Positions 29,055-38,114 of a DNA stretch of 64,000 nucleotides are shown piece by piece. The stretch lies in the IMG/VR virus record IMGVR_UViG_3300028048_001801, positions 1 through 64,000 of that record; one strand, given 5' to 3'. The first letter of the stretch is position 1. The number at the start of each line of letters is the position of its first letter. Both the position numbers and the translations under genes were made by a program. Origin of the DNA: a virus (lineage: Duplodnaviria > Caudoviricetes). The notes beneath the pieces were generated by a model that was not told where the DNA came from, searched no databases, and saw only the letters and a program-made list of their open reading frames with translations.

Positions 29055-30200
29055 TTAAGCGGTGATAGCATTAGGAGTTGCTTCGGCATAATAAGTACGA
29101 TCTGTACTCCAGCCATACTCGGGAGCCGCAGTCAACGTAGGTGCTGTTTTAGTGTTATCGTAAACGACAACGTAATTTATTCCCGCAACATATACACCAG
29201 TAGCGCTCTTTGTGAAAGTATCGGTTACTGTTCCATAAACATCATAATTAGAGGGATCTAATAAGGTAATACCATTCGTAGTTTTAGCATAAACTGCAGG
29301 TTTATCTCCAACTTCCGCACCATCTGTGTCTATAATTATATCTTGAAGTATGTCAAGGATATTTTGCCCATCAATTATCTCAACTATCTCGGCATAAATA
29401 CCGGTTCCGTCACATCCGCTATCGTCAACAGCCAAAGCAGTTCCATTCAGAGAAACTGTAGCTGCCGAATTCATTGCCATCGAAAGGTCAAATTGACCAT
29501 CAAGTTGGAATCTAGGAACCTTAACAGTTATAGAACCAACAGGTTTTCCAGTCTCTGGATGATTAGCGTCTCCAGCAAAAAGATTAGTGGTGAGAATGAG
29601 CACCAATTCAGCAGGGAAGAAATTTGATCTAACCTGAATCATTGTATTTGCACCATCTACAAAATATTGTATACACACATCGTCATTTTCCGCAAAAGTA
29701 ATACCATTAATACTTTGTGGAACCGTTAACACTTTTGTACTGGAGTCATAGTTGGTGCTATTGATTTCGAAAGCAACCCATTCACTTCCTTTTGTCCCGC
29801 ATCCGGTTTTACGTATCCATACTAATTTATGATCAAGATTGCATGCTTTACCAATTTTAGCGGGGTTTTGGCTTAAAGTTACAGTTCTTCCAGTTCCAAG
29901 CTTTTTGGACTCTTCAGAAAAAAGGCCAGATCCGGTTTCTAATTGATCGAGAGCCGCTCCAACTTGAAGACCAACATAATTTATATCAAACATAGCATCT
30001 GTTAATGTTATGGTCATACCACTGTCATGTGCAAAACGACCATAAAGTTGTGCCCCTTGTCCAGCTCTAACTTCTTCCATAGTAGTGGAAAAACTCAACG
30101 TAGATTCAGTTAAAGTTCTTATATCAGCAATATGTTGATAAGTATTGCCTACTTTTCCGAGTAATTTTGCATTACCAACAGAAGCAAGAAATTTTCTCAT
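29055..30200 (-). CDS. Major tail protein
   Basis: KFLASVGNA...TLTESTLSF...EEVRAGQGAQL...TLTDAMF, resembling SPbeta-like tail tube proteins; followed by a terminator. Confidence 0.75.
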   Translation of the reverse strand: MRKFLASVGNAKLLGKVGNTYQHIADIRTLTESTLSFSTTMEEVRAGQGAQLYGRFAHDSGMTITLTDAMFDINYVGLQVGAALDQLETGSGLFSEESKKLGTGRTVTLSQNPAKIGKACNLDHKLVWIRKTGCGTKGSEWVAFEINSTNYDSSTKVLTVPQSINGITFAENDDVCIQYFVDGANTMIQVRSNFFPAELVLILTTNLFAGDANHPETGKPVGSITVKVPRFQLDGQFDLSMAMNSAATVSLNGTALAVDDSGCDGTGIYAEIVEIIDGQNILDILQDIIIDTDGAEVGDKPAVYAKTTNGITLLDPSNYDVYGTVTDTFTKSATGVYVAGINYVVVYDNTKTAPTLTAAPEYGWSTDRTYYAEATPNAITA

Positions 30201-30242
30201 AATTTATTCTCCTTTATTTTTATAAATTTTATAATGCTCATT

Positions 30243-31172
30243 TTAAGCATTATTAATTTGTGATTTATAAGAATCGGCATCAACGGCACTGCCGTACATA
30301 CCTTCATCTTTCTTGTAAAGCCAATGTTCCAGTGTTTCTCCTTTCGGTAAACTTGCAAATCCGGACATTAGGCCAGTTCTGGTAATTGTGTAATTCATAA
30401 CGTCATCTATCATTGATAAAATCATAAGAAACTTTCTTATCGACAAAGAATATACTTTTTCGATCCCCCAATGAAGATTTGTACAAATACCAATTATTTT
30501 TCTTTCCAGCGTTGCTGTTCCACCGCCTCGCGATTTTAATTCTGCGCGCGCGGCCTGGTCGTCTCTTATGGCTTTGTCAACCCAACTATCATCTTTATAG
30601 TCGGGAAGATTTTGATACATAATATATTTTCTTAATTTATTAAAATCTTTAGAATCAAGTTCGACACCATCAAAAACAAAAATTGTTTTCTTTTTATCGT
30701 TTTCTTTATATCTAATTGTCTCAACAAATTGTTCCCCACATTCACAAAATAAAATTTGATTTTTATCTTGTATTGACGGGTCTTCGTATTTGGCATAAAA
30801 CTCTTCGAAACTCATAAATTTTCCACATTTTGGACATTTCAATCCAGACTTAATATGTAAACAAAGTTCAAGAATTTTAGTAAATTTCAAAGACCATATA
30901 GGACCCTCTTTTTCATCTTTCATTTTAGATAAAAGATAATCAATGTGAGACATCCTAATACCTTGTGGATCGTCGTTTTTATTGAGCGTTAAACAAGCGG
31001 ACGCGGAAAGAAACTCATTATAATCTTTAACCGTAACAGGATAAAGAGTCAATCCTTTATAAGGGATTGGCAAATCATATGTAAAATATCTATCTTGAAA
31101 ATACTCAACATCTTCATAAATTTGTCTGTCTGCCGCAGGCATTTTTTCTAGAACTTCTGGTTTTATACCCAT
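30243..31172 (-). CDS. Tail morphogenesis protein (chaperone-like, CxxC)
   Basis: Position in the neck/tail cluster; DFNKLRKYIMYQNL and VYSLSIRKF motifs. Confidence 0.45.
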   Translation of the reverse strand: MGIKPEVLEKMPAADRQIYEDVEYFQDRYFTYDLPIPYKGLTLYPVTVKDYNEFLSASACLTLNKNDDPQGIRMSHIDYLLSKMKDEKEGPIWSLKFTKILELCLHIKSGLKCPKCGKFMSFEEFYAKYEDPSIQDKNQILFCECGEQFVETIRYKENDKKKTIFVFDGVELDSKDFNKLRKYIMYQNLPDYKDDSWVDKAIRDDQAARAELKSRGGGTATLERKIIGICTNLHWGIEKVYSLSIRKFLMILSMIDDVMNYTITRTGLMSGFASLPKGETLEHWLYKKDEGMYGSAVDADSYKSQINNA

Positions 31173-31182
31173 TTATTCTACC

Positions 31183-31854
31183 TCAATACCCGCAATTATC
31201 ACATTCGGAAACACCGCTCATTAACGTTGACATTATAATGCGATGTCCAAAAAACCTTTTCCCATTCCACAGCGACGCTTTAGAAGCATCATATGGGCTC
31301 AAAGACTCATTAAACTGGAGTTCACCTACTGCATTAACCATTCTGCCATTAAGCGTAGCAATGACGTCTTTTAACATTTCTGTAGCCCTGCTTTTATATG
31401 GTATTACGGGCTCTCCATTTTCATCTAATTCAACGGGATTTGTTTGATCATTATATTCAGATGCGTCACCATAAATATTAGAAATTTTATTGTGCACTAT
31501 GCACTCAAAACAAATATGAACCTTACCAGTTATATGGCTCATAGGATTGATGCCGTAGACATATATGTGTAACAAAGAACATTGTTCTTCGTATGCATCG
31601 TCTACGAACGGTCCCATGAAAACCCTATAACCAGCAGCATCCCCATTATTTTTATAGATTAATTCTCTCTTCTGAGCCTCTGTTAAATCTGGTTTAGACA
31701 AACAATCTTCTGTATTGTATTTTAAAATCTTCCACAAATAATTTGCATATTTAGACTTGCTCTTGACCAAATATTCAATGATTTTCCATTCAATATTATC
31801 AAGGTTTGTAAATCTGTTAAAAGCAGATCCCGACACAAAACCATTATCCACCAT
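31183..31854 (-). CDS. Putative tail terminator / neck protein
   Basis: Position between head-completion genes and the major tail gene. Confidence 0.45.
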   Translation of the reverse strand: MVDNGFVSGSAFNRFTNLDNIEWKIIEYLVKSKSKYANYLWKILKYNTEDCLSKPDLTEAQKRELIYKNNGDAAGYRVFMGPFVDDAYEEQCSLLHIYVYGINPMSHITGKVHICFECIVHNKISNIYGDASEYNDQTNPVELDENGEPVIPYKSRATEMLKDVIATLNGRMVNAVGELQFNESLSPYDASKASLWNGKRFFGHRIIMSTLMSGVSECDNCGY

Positions 31855-31866
31855 TATATCCTCCTT

Positions 31867-33042
31867 TTAATCAAACAATCTCATTGAAAAACTTATTTGG
31901 TAAACGCCGCCATTTGGTGTGGTCGCTTCGCATGTAGTAATCAACGTCATTGTCAAATCTTTTTTAACCCTTGTCAATGTATATGTTCCATCGGAATTCA
32001 TCTCGATTGTTACGAAATTTTCAATCGGAACGGTATCCGCATAAGATGTACCCGACAGCTTACAAGAAACCCCAATATTCGCATTTTCAACAACAGATCC
32101 ATTCTTTTGTAATTCTGGCTTAAACACAAGGGTGGTTAAAACTTTTGGTATAATTTCTGGATCAACAATACTAAAAGTATAATCATCAGAAGAATCTTCT
32201 CCTCCCGAAATTGGTTCGTCGGTTTTTGGTGCAATGTTATCGTTAACAATTCCATTAAAAGCAATTCTGTTTTCGACATCATCTTGCGCACCAATTTGAT
32301 CTACTTCATAATATATTCTAACGAGCCCAACGTCAGTTGGATCGTAAGTAGTTAGAGTATTTGAGCGTACAATATTTGTAATTTTATAAACAGGTTGATG
32401 TTCTCTATCTGCCGCATTCGCGTCGATAAAGAATCTTTGATTTATATAATATTGTTTTGTATATTTATTGAATTGTGCCAACAATACTTTATTACCGTTT
32501 AAATCAACAGCAACTTCGCTTTGTTTTATACCAGCCCCGCTCAATTTGTCTGGCTGCACAACTGGTTCATAATGCCTTGTAATATTACCATTGTCATCTT
32601 TATATAAGCTTCCAATCGTTCCGTTACATCTACATACGGTTTGAGACGCCGTAGGTGTTAACTGTGTTTGGTTAACAGCTAACCAAATATTTTTTTGCAT
32701 ATCTGGAACTAAAATGTTTGGATCATAAGCAAAACGGTATCTTCTACCTATTTTAACCGCTTTTTGACAATCTCTAAAAACAAGTCGATACCAATCATCA
32801 GAAATGGTTTCACCTTTATCGTTTTTAACAGTTTGAATAACAACCTCTAACGGTTTATAAACTTCACTTCCTGCTTCTAATTCTTCCTCTACCCATTTAC
32901 GATTTGGTCTATATGGCCAATCTGCGTCGATTTTCATCTGTAGAGTATTGAGATAATAATTATGCTTGCTAAAATCAGGCGGAGTTTGAGAATAAAGTTC
33001 TCTCGTATCTCTTATATTAGTAGAATCAATTATCATAATCAA
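31867..33042 (-). CDS. Putative head-closure protein
   Basis: Position; beta-rich with RCNGTI and INQRF motifs seen in SPbeta-like neck proteins. Confidence 0.45.
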   Translation of the reverse strand: MIMIIDSTNIRDTRELYSQTPPDFSKHNYYLNTLQMKIDADWPYRPNRKWVEEELEAGSEVYKPLEVVIQTVKNDKGETISDDWYRLVFRDCQKAVKIGRRYRFAYDPNILVPDMQKNIWLAVNQTQLTPTASQTVCRCNGTIGSLYKDDNGNITRHYEPVVQPDKLSGAGIKQSEVAVDLNGNKVLLAQFNKYTKQYYINQRFFIDANAADREHQPVYKITNIVRSNTLTTYDPTDVGLVRIYYEVDQIGAQDDVENRIAFNGIVNDNIAPKTDEPISGGEDSSDDYTFSIVDPEIIPKVLTTLVFKPELQKNGSVVENANIGVSCKLSGTSYADTVPIENFVTIEMNSDGTYTLTRVKKDLTMTLITTCEATTPNGGVYQISFSMRLFD

Positions 33043-33371
33043 TCCTCCAATTCTTTAAGTAGATGATTTGCCATTTTTTTGATTTCAAAAATTTGCTTTT
33101 TTATTTCAGCAAATGGCAAATTATTATACCCCTCACGAATCCCCTTAAGCTTAATAATTATCGAAACAAGTTTGCCGTCATATAAATCGTTAGCTGCGTT
33201 TAATTCAAATAAAAATCCTGTTATAAATGGTTTTGGTGAAAAACCAGTTTCTTTTTCTTCTTCAATTAAATGAAGAATTTTATATGTTTTACCGATCGCC
33301 GTGTTTAAATATTCTCTCTTTGCAGAATTCGACAAAGAAAATGTAGTTTGACTTTCAAAATTTTTATCCAT
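33039..33371 (-). CDS. Hypothetical head-completion protein
   Basis: GGAGG RBS before ATG 33371, just after the upstream stop. The track start at 33449 overlaps the previous gene. Confidence 0.5.
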   Translation of the reverse strand: MDKNFESQTTFSLSNSAKREYLNTAIGKTYKILHLIEEEKETGFSPKPFITGFLFELNAANDLYDGKLVSIIIKLKGIREGYNNLPFAEIKKQIFEIKKMANHLLKELED

Positions 33372-33372
33372 A

Positions 33373-34065
33373 TTAATAGTAATTACCTCCGTGATATTTA
33401 CGCGAATATAATTCCCATCCAAGGTTGTTTTTAAGAGTATCAAACTCATATTCTATTGTTTTTTTCCATTCGACTTTTGCCCTCACTGAGTTAGCAGGTG
33501 AATAGAGTTTAAAATCAGTATCGGTTAAAACATTTTTTATATCTAAAAGAAAGTTTTGTTCGTCAGTTGCCCAATTTAAGACCAACGCCCTTGACAAAAT
33601 CTCTTTGACTCTGTAGGCAATTACAGCTGCAGAAACGCTAGGAGATGCCGCCTTAGAAAAATCGGTATTAAAACATCCTGGGTAGTACCATTCTACAGAG
33701 CATTTACTACCTGCGGGCACCTCTTTTGAAAAAGTAACGCTATTATCAGAAGGATTATAGGTGGCACCATAATCATTTATACCATTAATTAAAAACGAAA
33801 AATCGCTTTTATCTACTGGAGTCGAATGTAATGCATATTGCGCACCTCCGTTACCTTCAAATAGTTCAAACTCGCCAGTTGGCTGCGTTTGGTCTACAAG
33901 AAGATAACTAACACGAGTGGGGTTTACAAACAAAGGTATCCCGTTCTCAAGATACGGGTACATCATTTTTTCCCATCGAACCGTGTCTTCAAAATACGCC
34001 TTCTGAATAATTGGGTCGTCGAACAGATTAATTGCTTTATCGTAAATAGTTTTGAATTCGAGCAC
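33373..34065 (-). CDS. Putative head-tail adaptor
   Basis: EILSRALVLNW...DFKLYSPAN motif; position after the capsid cluster. Confidence 0.55.
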   Translation of the reverse strand: MLEFKTIYDKAINLFDDPIIQKAYFEDTVRWEKMMYPYLENGIPLFVNPTRVSYLLVDQTQPTGEFELFEGNGGAQYALHSTPVDKSDFSFLINGINDYGATYNPSDNSVTFSKEVPAGSKCSVEWYYPGCFNTDFSKAASPSVSAAVIAYRVKEILSRALVLNWATDEQNFLLDIKNVLTDTDFKLYSPANSVRAKVEWKKTIEYEFDTLKNNLGWELYSRKYHGGNYY

Positions 34066-34088
34066 TATCGAGACCCCCTTTAAATATT

Positions 34089-34769
34089 TTAGTTCTTTTT
34101 AGCAGCTTCCTCTGCTTCACGTTTAAAGTCAAGAGTTGTTCCAGACATGGCACCTCCAGACAATCTGTTTAAAAGTTCTACTTTGTGAATATCTTTGAAA
34201 GCGGGATCTCCTTCCACCACCTTTCTCTTAAAATATTCAATAATAAACTTTTTATGGCCCTCGGCCAATTTATTCCAAAGGTTTTCTAGCTCAATAAGCG
34301 AAAGGCCTCCGAGTTGCTTTATGAAATCCTTACCTATGTAAGAATAATCTTTGAGGCTTTTAAGACCAAACCTGCTAGCTAACTCTTCGCCATCGGCTCC
34401 AAATGCTATAATACCCTTTTCGAAAAACTTTCTGTATTTTCCAGAAATTTCTTCCGCTTGACTTAATGTAAGTAAGCGCTCCTCCCCAAAAACACTCATA
34501 TCAATAGTTGTATTAGACAGTTCTATATGCGTATTTAAGCCCGGGGCTCGTTCAACAAGGTGAACAATTGTTACTTCTTGTAAAAGGCCTTTCGGCATTT
34601 GATAATTTGCCACTCCAGAACCCTTTTCCATAATCATTTTCATAAGAAGCTCATTTTGAGCTTTTAAGGCCGCAAATTCAGCTTTCATGGTTTCAATTTC
34701 ACTATTGTCTTTTTTGGGTGTGTTTTGAACGGTTTTTGTACCGCTATCTTTTTTTGTGTACGATGCCAT
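34089..34769 (-). CDS. Conserved post-capsid protein (226 aa), in frame with the upstream endonuclease
   Basis: Has its own AAAGGAG RBS before ATG 34769 (M478 of the 703-aa ORF). Confidence 0.6.
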   Translation of the reverse strand: MASYTKKDSGTKTVQNTPKKDNSEIETMKAEFAALKAQNELLMKMIMEKGSGVANYQMPKGLLQEVTIVHLVERAPGLNTHIELSNTTIDMSVFGEERLLTLSQAEEISGKYRKFFEKGIIAFGADGEELASRFGLKSLKDYSYIGKDFIKQLGGLSLIELENLWNKLAEGHKKFIIEYFKRKVVEGDPAFKDIHKVELLNRLSGGAMSGTTLDFKREAEEAAKKN

Positions 34770-36200
34770 ATCTTTTATAACTCCTTTTAAATCCTTTTTA
34801 ATTTTAAAAATTCTATAACCACATCCATAAATTATATTTGATTTTTCAAAACAATCTACTTCATTATGGTTTAAAATTTTTATTCTTTTATGATCGGCTA
34901 TAAGATAACCAATCGGTTCACTAATAAAAGTGTTTATAATATTATTATTTAAGAAAAACAGTTCGTCTCCATTAAATTTATCCAATTCGACAGAACAATA
35001 TAACAAGTCAAAATTATAATTAATATAAAAATAACTGAGTAAAAATCGGAAAGCATTCTTAACAGAGATATTAAAACCAGCAAAGCATAAAACACAATAA
35101 TAATTATTGTGATATTTGTTAAATATAATAGAACATATGCGAACGCCACAATTATCAAATAATGACAAAATAACGCCATCTTCAAATGGCGTTTCTTCTA
35201 TATTATTGATATCAAAAAAACTATCGCAAAAATTACCGCAGTGGTATTTAATCAATTCTCGTATTTTTATATTCGTCTTATCATCGCACCACTCGTCTTC
35301 ATATATTTGTATTAGTTTTATATTTTTATATTCGCATTTTTTAAATTTTTGATAATGAAAATCTATTTCTTTTCTCTCCGCTGTATGGAAATACATTCCA
35401 TTGTATTCAATAGCAAGTTTTACTTCTGGTATATAAATATCTAACTCATAAGGATAAATTACAGATTTAGTAGAAAAAGCGTCAAAACCCATACTCCGGA
35501 CAAAATTTAAGACCATTAATTCTCCAACTGAATGACTAGATCTTTTAAGCCAATCTTGTTTTGTTATATTAAACCTTTGAATCGTTCTATCATATGTAGA
35601 TCTACTAATTTTTAAATCTTTTATGATATCACATATTTTAAACAACCCTCTTGTCTTAACATAATTAACAAAATTATCATAAGAACTTAAAATCTCTTTT
35701 GTTCTTTTTTCTACATTAATAGTTGCGTAGTTTTCTACATCGTATCTCTCAAGGGTTGTCTGTTTCCTTTTGGTTAATATATCATTAACGAATTCTGGGT
35801 CTTCTTCTTTGTGTTTGTAATAAGTATCCCATATTTTTCTTTTCACATCGGGATCTTGCGCGCTATATTCATACCCTGTTTTCAACAACGTGGTCTGTTT
35901 AGATTTCTCATTTCTCTCAACCCAATAATTTGGATTTTCTTTCGCATTCTTCGCCACCGTTGTTTTTGCTTTTTCTTTTGCGCCTGGTATCAGTATCGCA
36001 TTGGTTACACCATATTTATCCATAAGTGCTTGTTTTTTATTTTTTAAAACTTGCTCAGGAGATCTTTTAACGCCATATCTCTTCTTGATTGTATATAACA
36101 AAGTTTTGCCAATTTGTAACATTTCACAAATTTTTTTATCAGGATATGTTTCAACTAATTCCGTTAAATATTCTTTGGTTACACCATCTGCCTTCCCCAT
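34089..36200 (-). CDS. Mobile PD-(D/E)XK (Vsr-like) homing endonuclease reading through into the post-capsid gene
   Basis: KYGVTN and ERYDVEN repeats; SVGE...ELDIYIPEVKLAIEYNGMYFH...K...C..K.IKLIQIYEDEW. Confidence 0.75.
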   Translation of the reverse strand: MGKADGVTKEYLTELVETYPDKKICEMLQIGKTLLYTIKKRYGVKRSPEQVLKNKKQALMDKYGVTNAILIPGAKEKAKTTVAKNAKENPNYWVERNEKSKQTTLLKTGYEYSAQDPDVKRKIWDTYYKHKEEDPEFVNDILTKRKQTTLERYDVENYATINVEKRTKEILSSYDNFVNYVKTRGLFKICDIIKDLKISRSTYDRTIQRFNITKQDWLKRSSHSVGELMVLNFVRSMGFDAFSTKSVIYPYELDIYIPEVKLAIEYNGMYFHTAERKEIDFHYQKFKKCEYKNIKLIQIYEDEWCDDKTNIKIRELIKYHCGNFCDSFFDINNIEETPFEDGVILSLFDNCGVRICSIIFNKYHNNYYCVLCFAGFNISVKNAFRFLLSYFYINYNFDLLYCSVELDKFNGDELFFLNNNIINTFISEPIGYLIADHKRIKILNHNEVDCFEKSNIIYGCGYRIFKIKKDLKGVIKDMASYTKKDSGTKTVQNTPKKDNSEIETMKAEFAALKAQNELLMKMIMEKGSGVANYQMPKGLLQEVTIVHLVERAPGLNTHIELSNTTIDMSVFGEERLLTLSQAEEISGKYRKFFEKGIIAFGADGEELASRFGLKSLKDYSYIGKDFIKQLGGLSLIELENLWNKLAEGHKKFIIEYFKRKVVEGDPAFKDIHKVELLNRLSGGAMSGTTLDFKREAEEAAKKN

Positions 36201-36236
36201 TTTACAACTTCTCCTTCACAGATTTTAAATAATAAA

Positions 36237-36291
36237 GCGGGTAATCTAACCAGTGAAGGTGGTTAGAAAGGTAGCTACTCCCTGTCCCCGC
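36237..36291 (-). ncRNA. Structured 5' leader RNA of the endonuclease
   Basis: A GCGGG/CCCGC stem encloses AGGG-AGUAGCUA-CCUU and CUAACCA-CCUUCAC-UGGUUAG hairpins. The loop is complementary to the downstream SD region. Confidence 0.6.
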
Positions 36292-36297
36292 ATTATT

Positions 36298-36326
36298 ACT
36301 ATATCACATGTTTATAGCTTTGTCAA
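36298..36326 (-). promoter_or_regulatory. SigA-type promoter for the endonuclease
   Basis: TTGACA-N17-TATAGT with extended TG. Confidence 0.75.
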
Positions 36327-36359
36327 GCTTTTTGTACTCTTTTTAAAAATCTTTTAAGA

Positions 36360-37451
36360 TTACGCAAGATTTAAGAGACCGAACTTGCTGCCAAGTACCG
36401 CACCGACACCGACTCTCATACCAATCTTAATACGATAAGTCTTATCGGGAGTATGAGTGTAATCTCTTTCTACGACTAACGTATCCCCTTCGTACACAAT
36501 TCCGATCGGTTTATAGGCACCTACAGCAATGAAGTAAATTTCATCATCAGCAAATGCAAGGTCGCCGTTGGTGTTTACACCATAAGGAGTAGCAAACGCA
36601 GGATCTAAGCAGACGAGCCTTACGCCCATGAACTTCTCTAAGAATCCCTCGTCAGCAAGCCTCTGGCCGAGACCCATCTGGAGACCGGTTTCAGAAGGAA
36701 CAACGTTGTTCAACGCACCCAACGAACCGATAGCCCAAACAGGGGAACCACCATTAGCAGCGGAAACTTTCTGCGCGATCGTCGACCAGTTAGCTTTCGA
36801 GAAACCAGAAGCCGAGAATACCGCACCGTTAACACTGGTAGTAGAAGCAAGAGCAGCGATAACTTTTAAGAAGATGTACTGTTCAAACGAACGAGCCGCT
36901 CTAAGACCAAAATCACCGAAATCGAAGTTAAGAGAAGCAACTTGATAGAAGTCCACTTCCGCAACGATTTCAACGTTCTTGGTGTTAATCGTAACTTCGT
37001 TGTCGTGTATAATCTGCATCGTTCCACGAAGAACGCCTTCAGCAACATCGTTTACTTTGTATAATTCATTGCTCTTAACGATGAAGCGAGCAGTATCGCC
37101 CCAGCCGATCTGTCTAACATCAGCGAAGAATCTTATGAAATCTTCGTTAGACACCATCGGTAAAATAGGATTAATAATTTCAGCGATTATCGCATTGAAA
37201 TTTTCAAGAACGTCGGAGTTCTTTTGAACTCTAGGATCCTTAAATACTTCAGCGCCTTTCGCTTCATAAAGAGACTCATATCTCGTACCAGTTACGCAGT
37301 ATTTAATTATACTTTCGTTAAGGTTAGCGAGGCGTTCATCTCTGTTTTCAATAGTCTTGTTCTGCATCTGAGCCGCAGCGAACTGAACAGCTTCGTCTAC
37401 GATCGCGTTGAACTCATCAGATTTCTTATTATAATTGAACATTTTCAACAT
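36360..37451 (-). CDS. Major capsid protein
   Basis: 363 aa, after the protease and decoration genes; FADVRQIGWGDTARF; strong AGAGGAGG RBS and biased codon use. Confidence 0.8.
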   Translation of the reverse strand: MLKMFNYNKKSDEFNAIVDEAVQFAAAQMQNKTIENRDERLANLNESIIKYCVTGTRYESLYEAKGAEVFKDPRVQKNSDVLENFNAIIAEIINPILPMVSNEDFIRFFADVRQIGWGDTARFIVKSNELYKVNDVAEGVLRGTMQIIHDNEVTINTKNVEIVAEVDFYQVASLNFDFGDFGLRAARSFEQYIFLKVIAALASTTSVNGAVFSASGFSKANWSTIAQKVSAANGGSPVWAIGSLGALNNVVPSETGLQMGLGQRLADEGFLEKFMGVRLVCLDPAFATPYGVNTNGDLAFADDEIYFIAVGAYKPIGIVYEGDTLVVERDYTHTPDKTYRIKIGMRVGVGAVLGSKFGLLNLA

Positions 37452-37471
37452 GATTATTTTCCTCCTCTAAA

Positions 37472-38053
37472 TTAAAGAACCTCAACGAGGTAAGCCTGAA
37501 CATACGCGCCGTCTTTAAAAGAAGCGAGGGTGCCCTGGGTGAGCGGTTTGCTTGCTCTGATAACAACACCAAATCCATTCGCAGGAGCTGTTGCAGCAGG
37601 AGTAAGAATCGTATCGTTAGCGGTTAAACCAGCATATTCCCCAATAACGGGAGTAGAAGCAAAACATCCAGCGCCGAGCCAGAATTTGTCGCCCTTTTTG
37701 GGTTTACGATAACGGATAGGAAGATTCGCTTCCGCCGTGAGGTCAACGGTTTTTACACCGAGTTTATAATAGTTTCCACCGATAACACCACCGGAAACTT
37801 CCGCGAGGTCTATAATAGCTATATCCTCAGCACCATAGGTAGTAGCATCGGGAGCATACGCATGATACGTATTCCAATCTTTTTCGCCAGCATAAACGCT
37901 GTCATCAGCGAGACCGCCGAGGATTACAAAAGCGCCGTCGGTAGCTTCAGCCGGTTCAAACGAACTGTCATTGCCAGTTCCGAATTTGCAGGTACCAACC
38001 CAAGCCTGAACATCTTCACAAGCCATGATACCCATGTCAAATACTTTGTACAT
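37472..38053 (-). CDS. Capsid decoration / minor head protein
   Basis: Small, G/A-rich beta protein between the protease and major capsid genes. Confidence 0.6.
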   Translation of the reverse strand: MYKVFDMGIMACEDVQAWVGTCKFGTGNDSSFEPAEATDGAFVILGGLADDSVYAGEKDWNTYHAYAPDATTYGAEDIAIIDLAEVSGGVIGGNYYKLGVKTVDLTAEANLPIRYRKPKKGDKFWLGAGCFASTPVIGEYAGLTANDTILTPAATAPANGFGVVIRASKPLTQGTLASFKDGAYVQAYLVEVL

Positions 38054-38114
38054 AAGTTTTCTCCTTTTATATTTTTGTTTTTATAAAATGCTGGTCGGAG
38101 ATCCGACCGCGCCT

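Noticed and set aside
34770-36200. Intein or intron explanation for the endonuclease fusion
   Set aside because: There are no C/S...HN-C/S/T intein ends and no group I core. The upstream capsid gene terminates normally.
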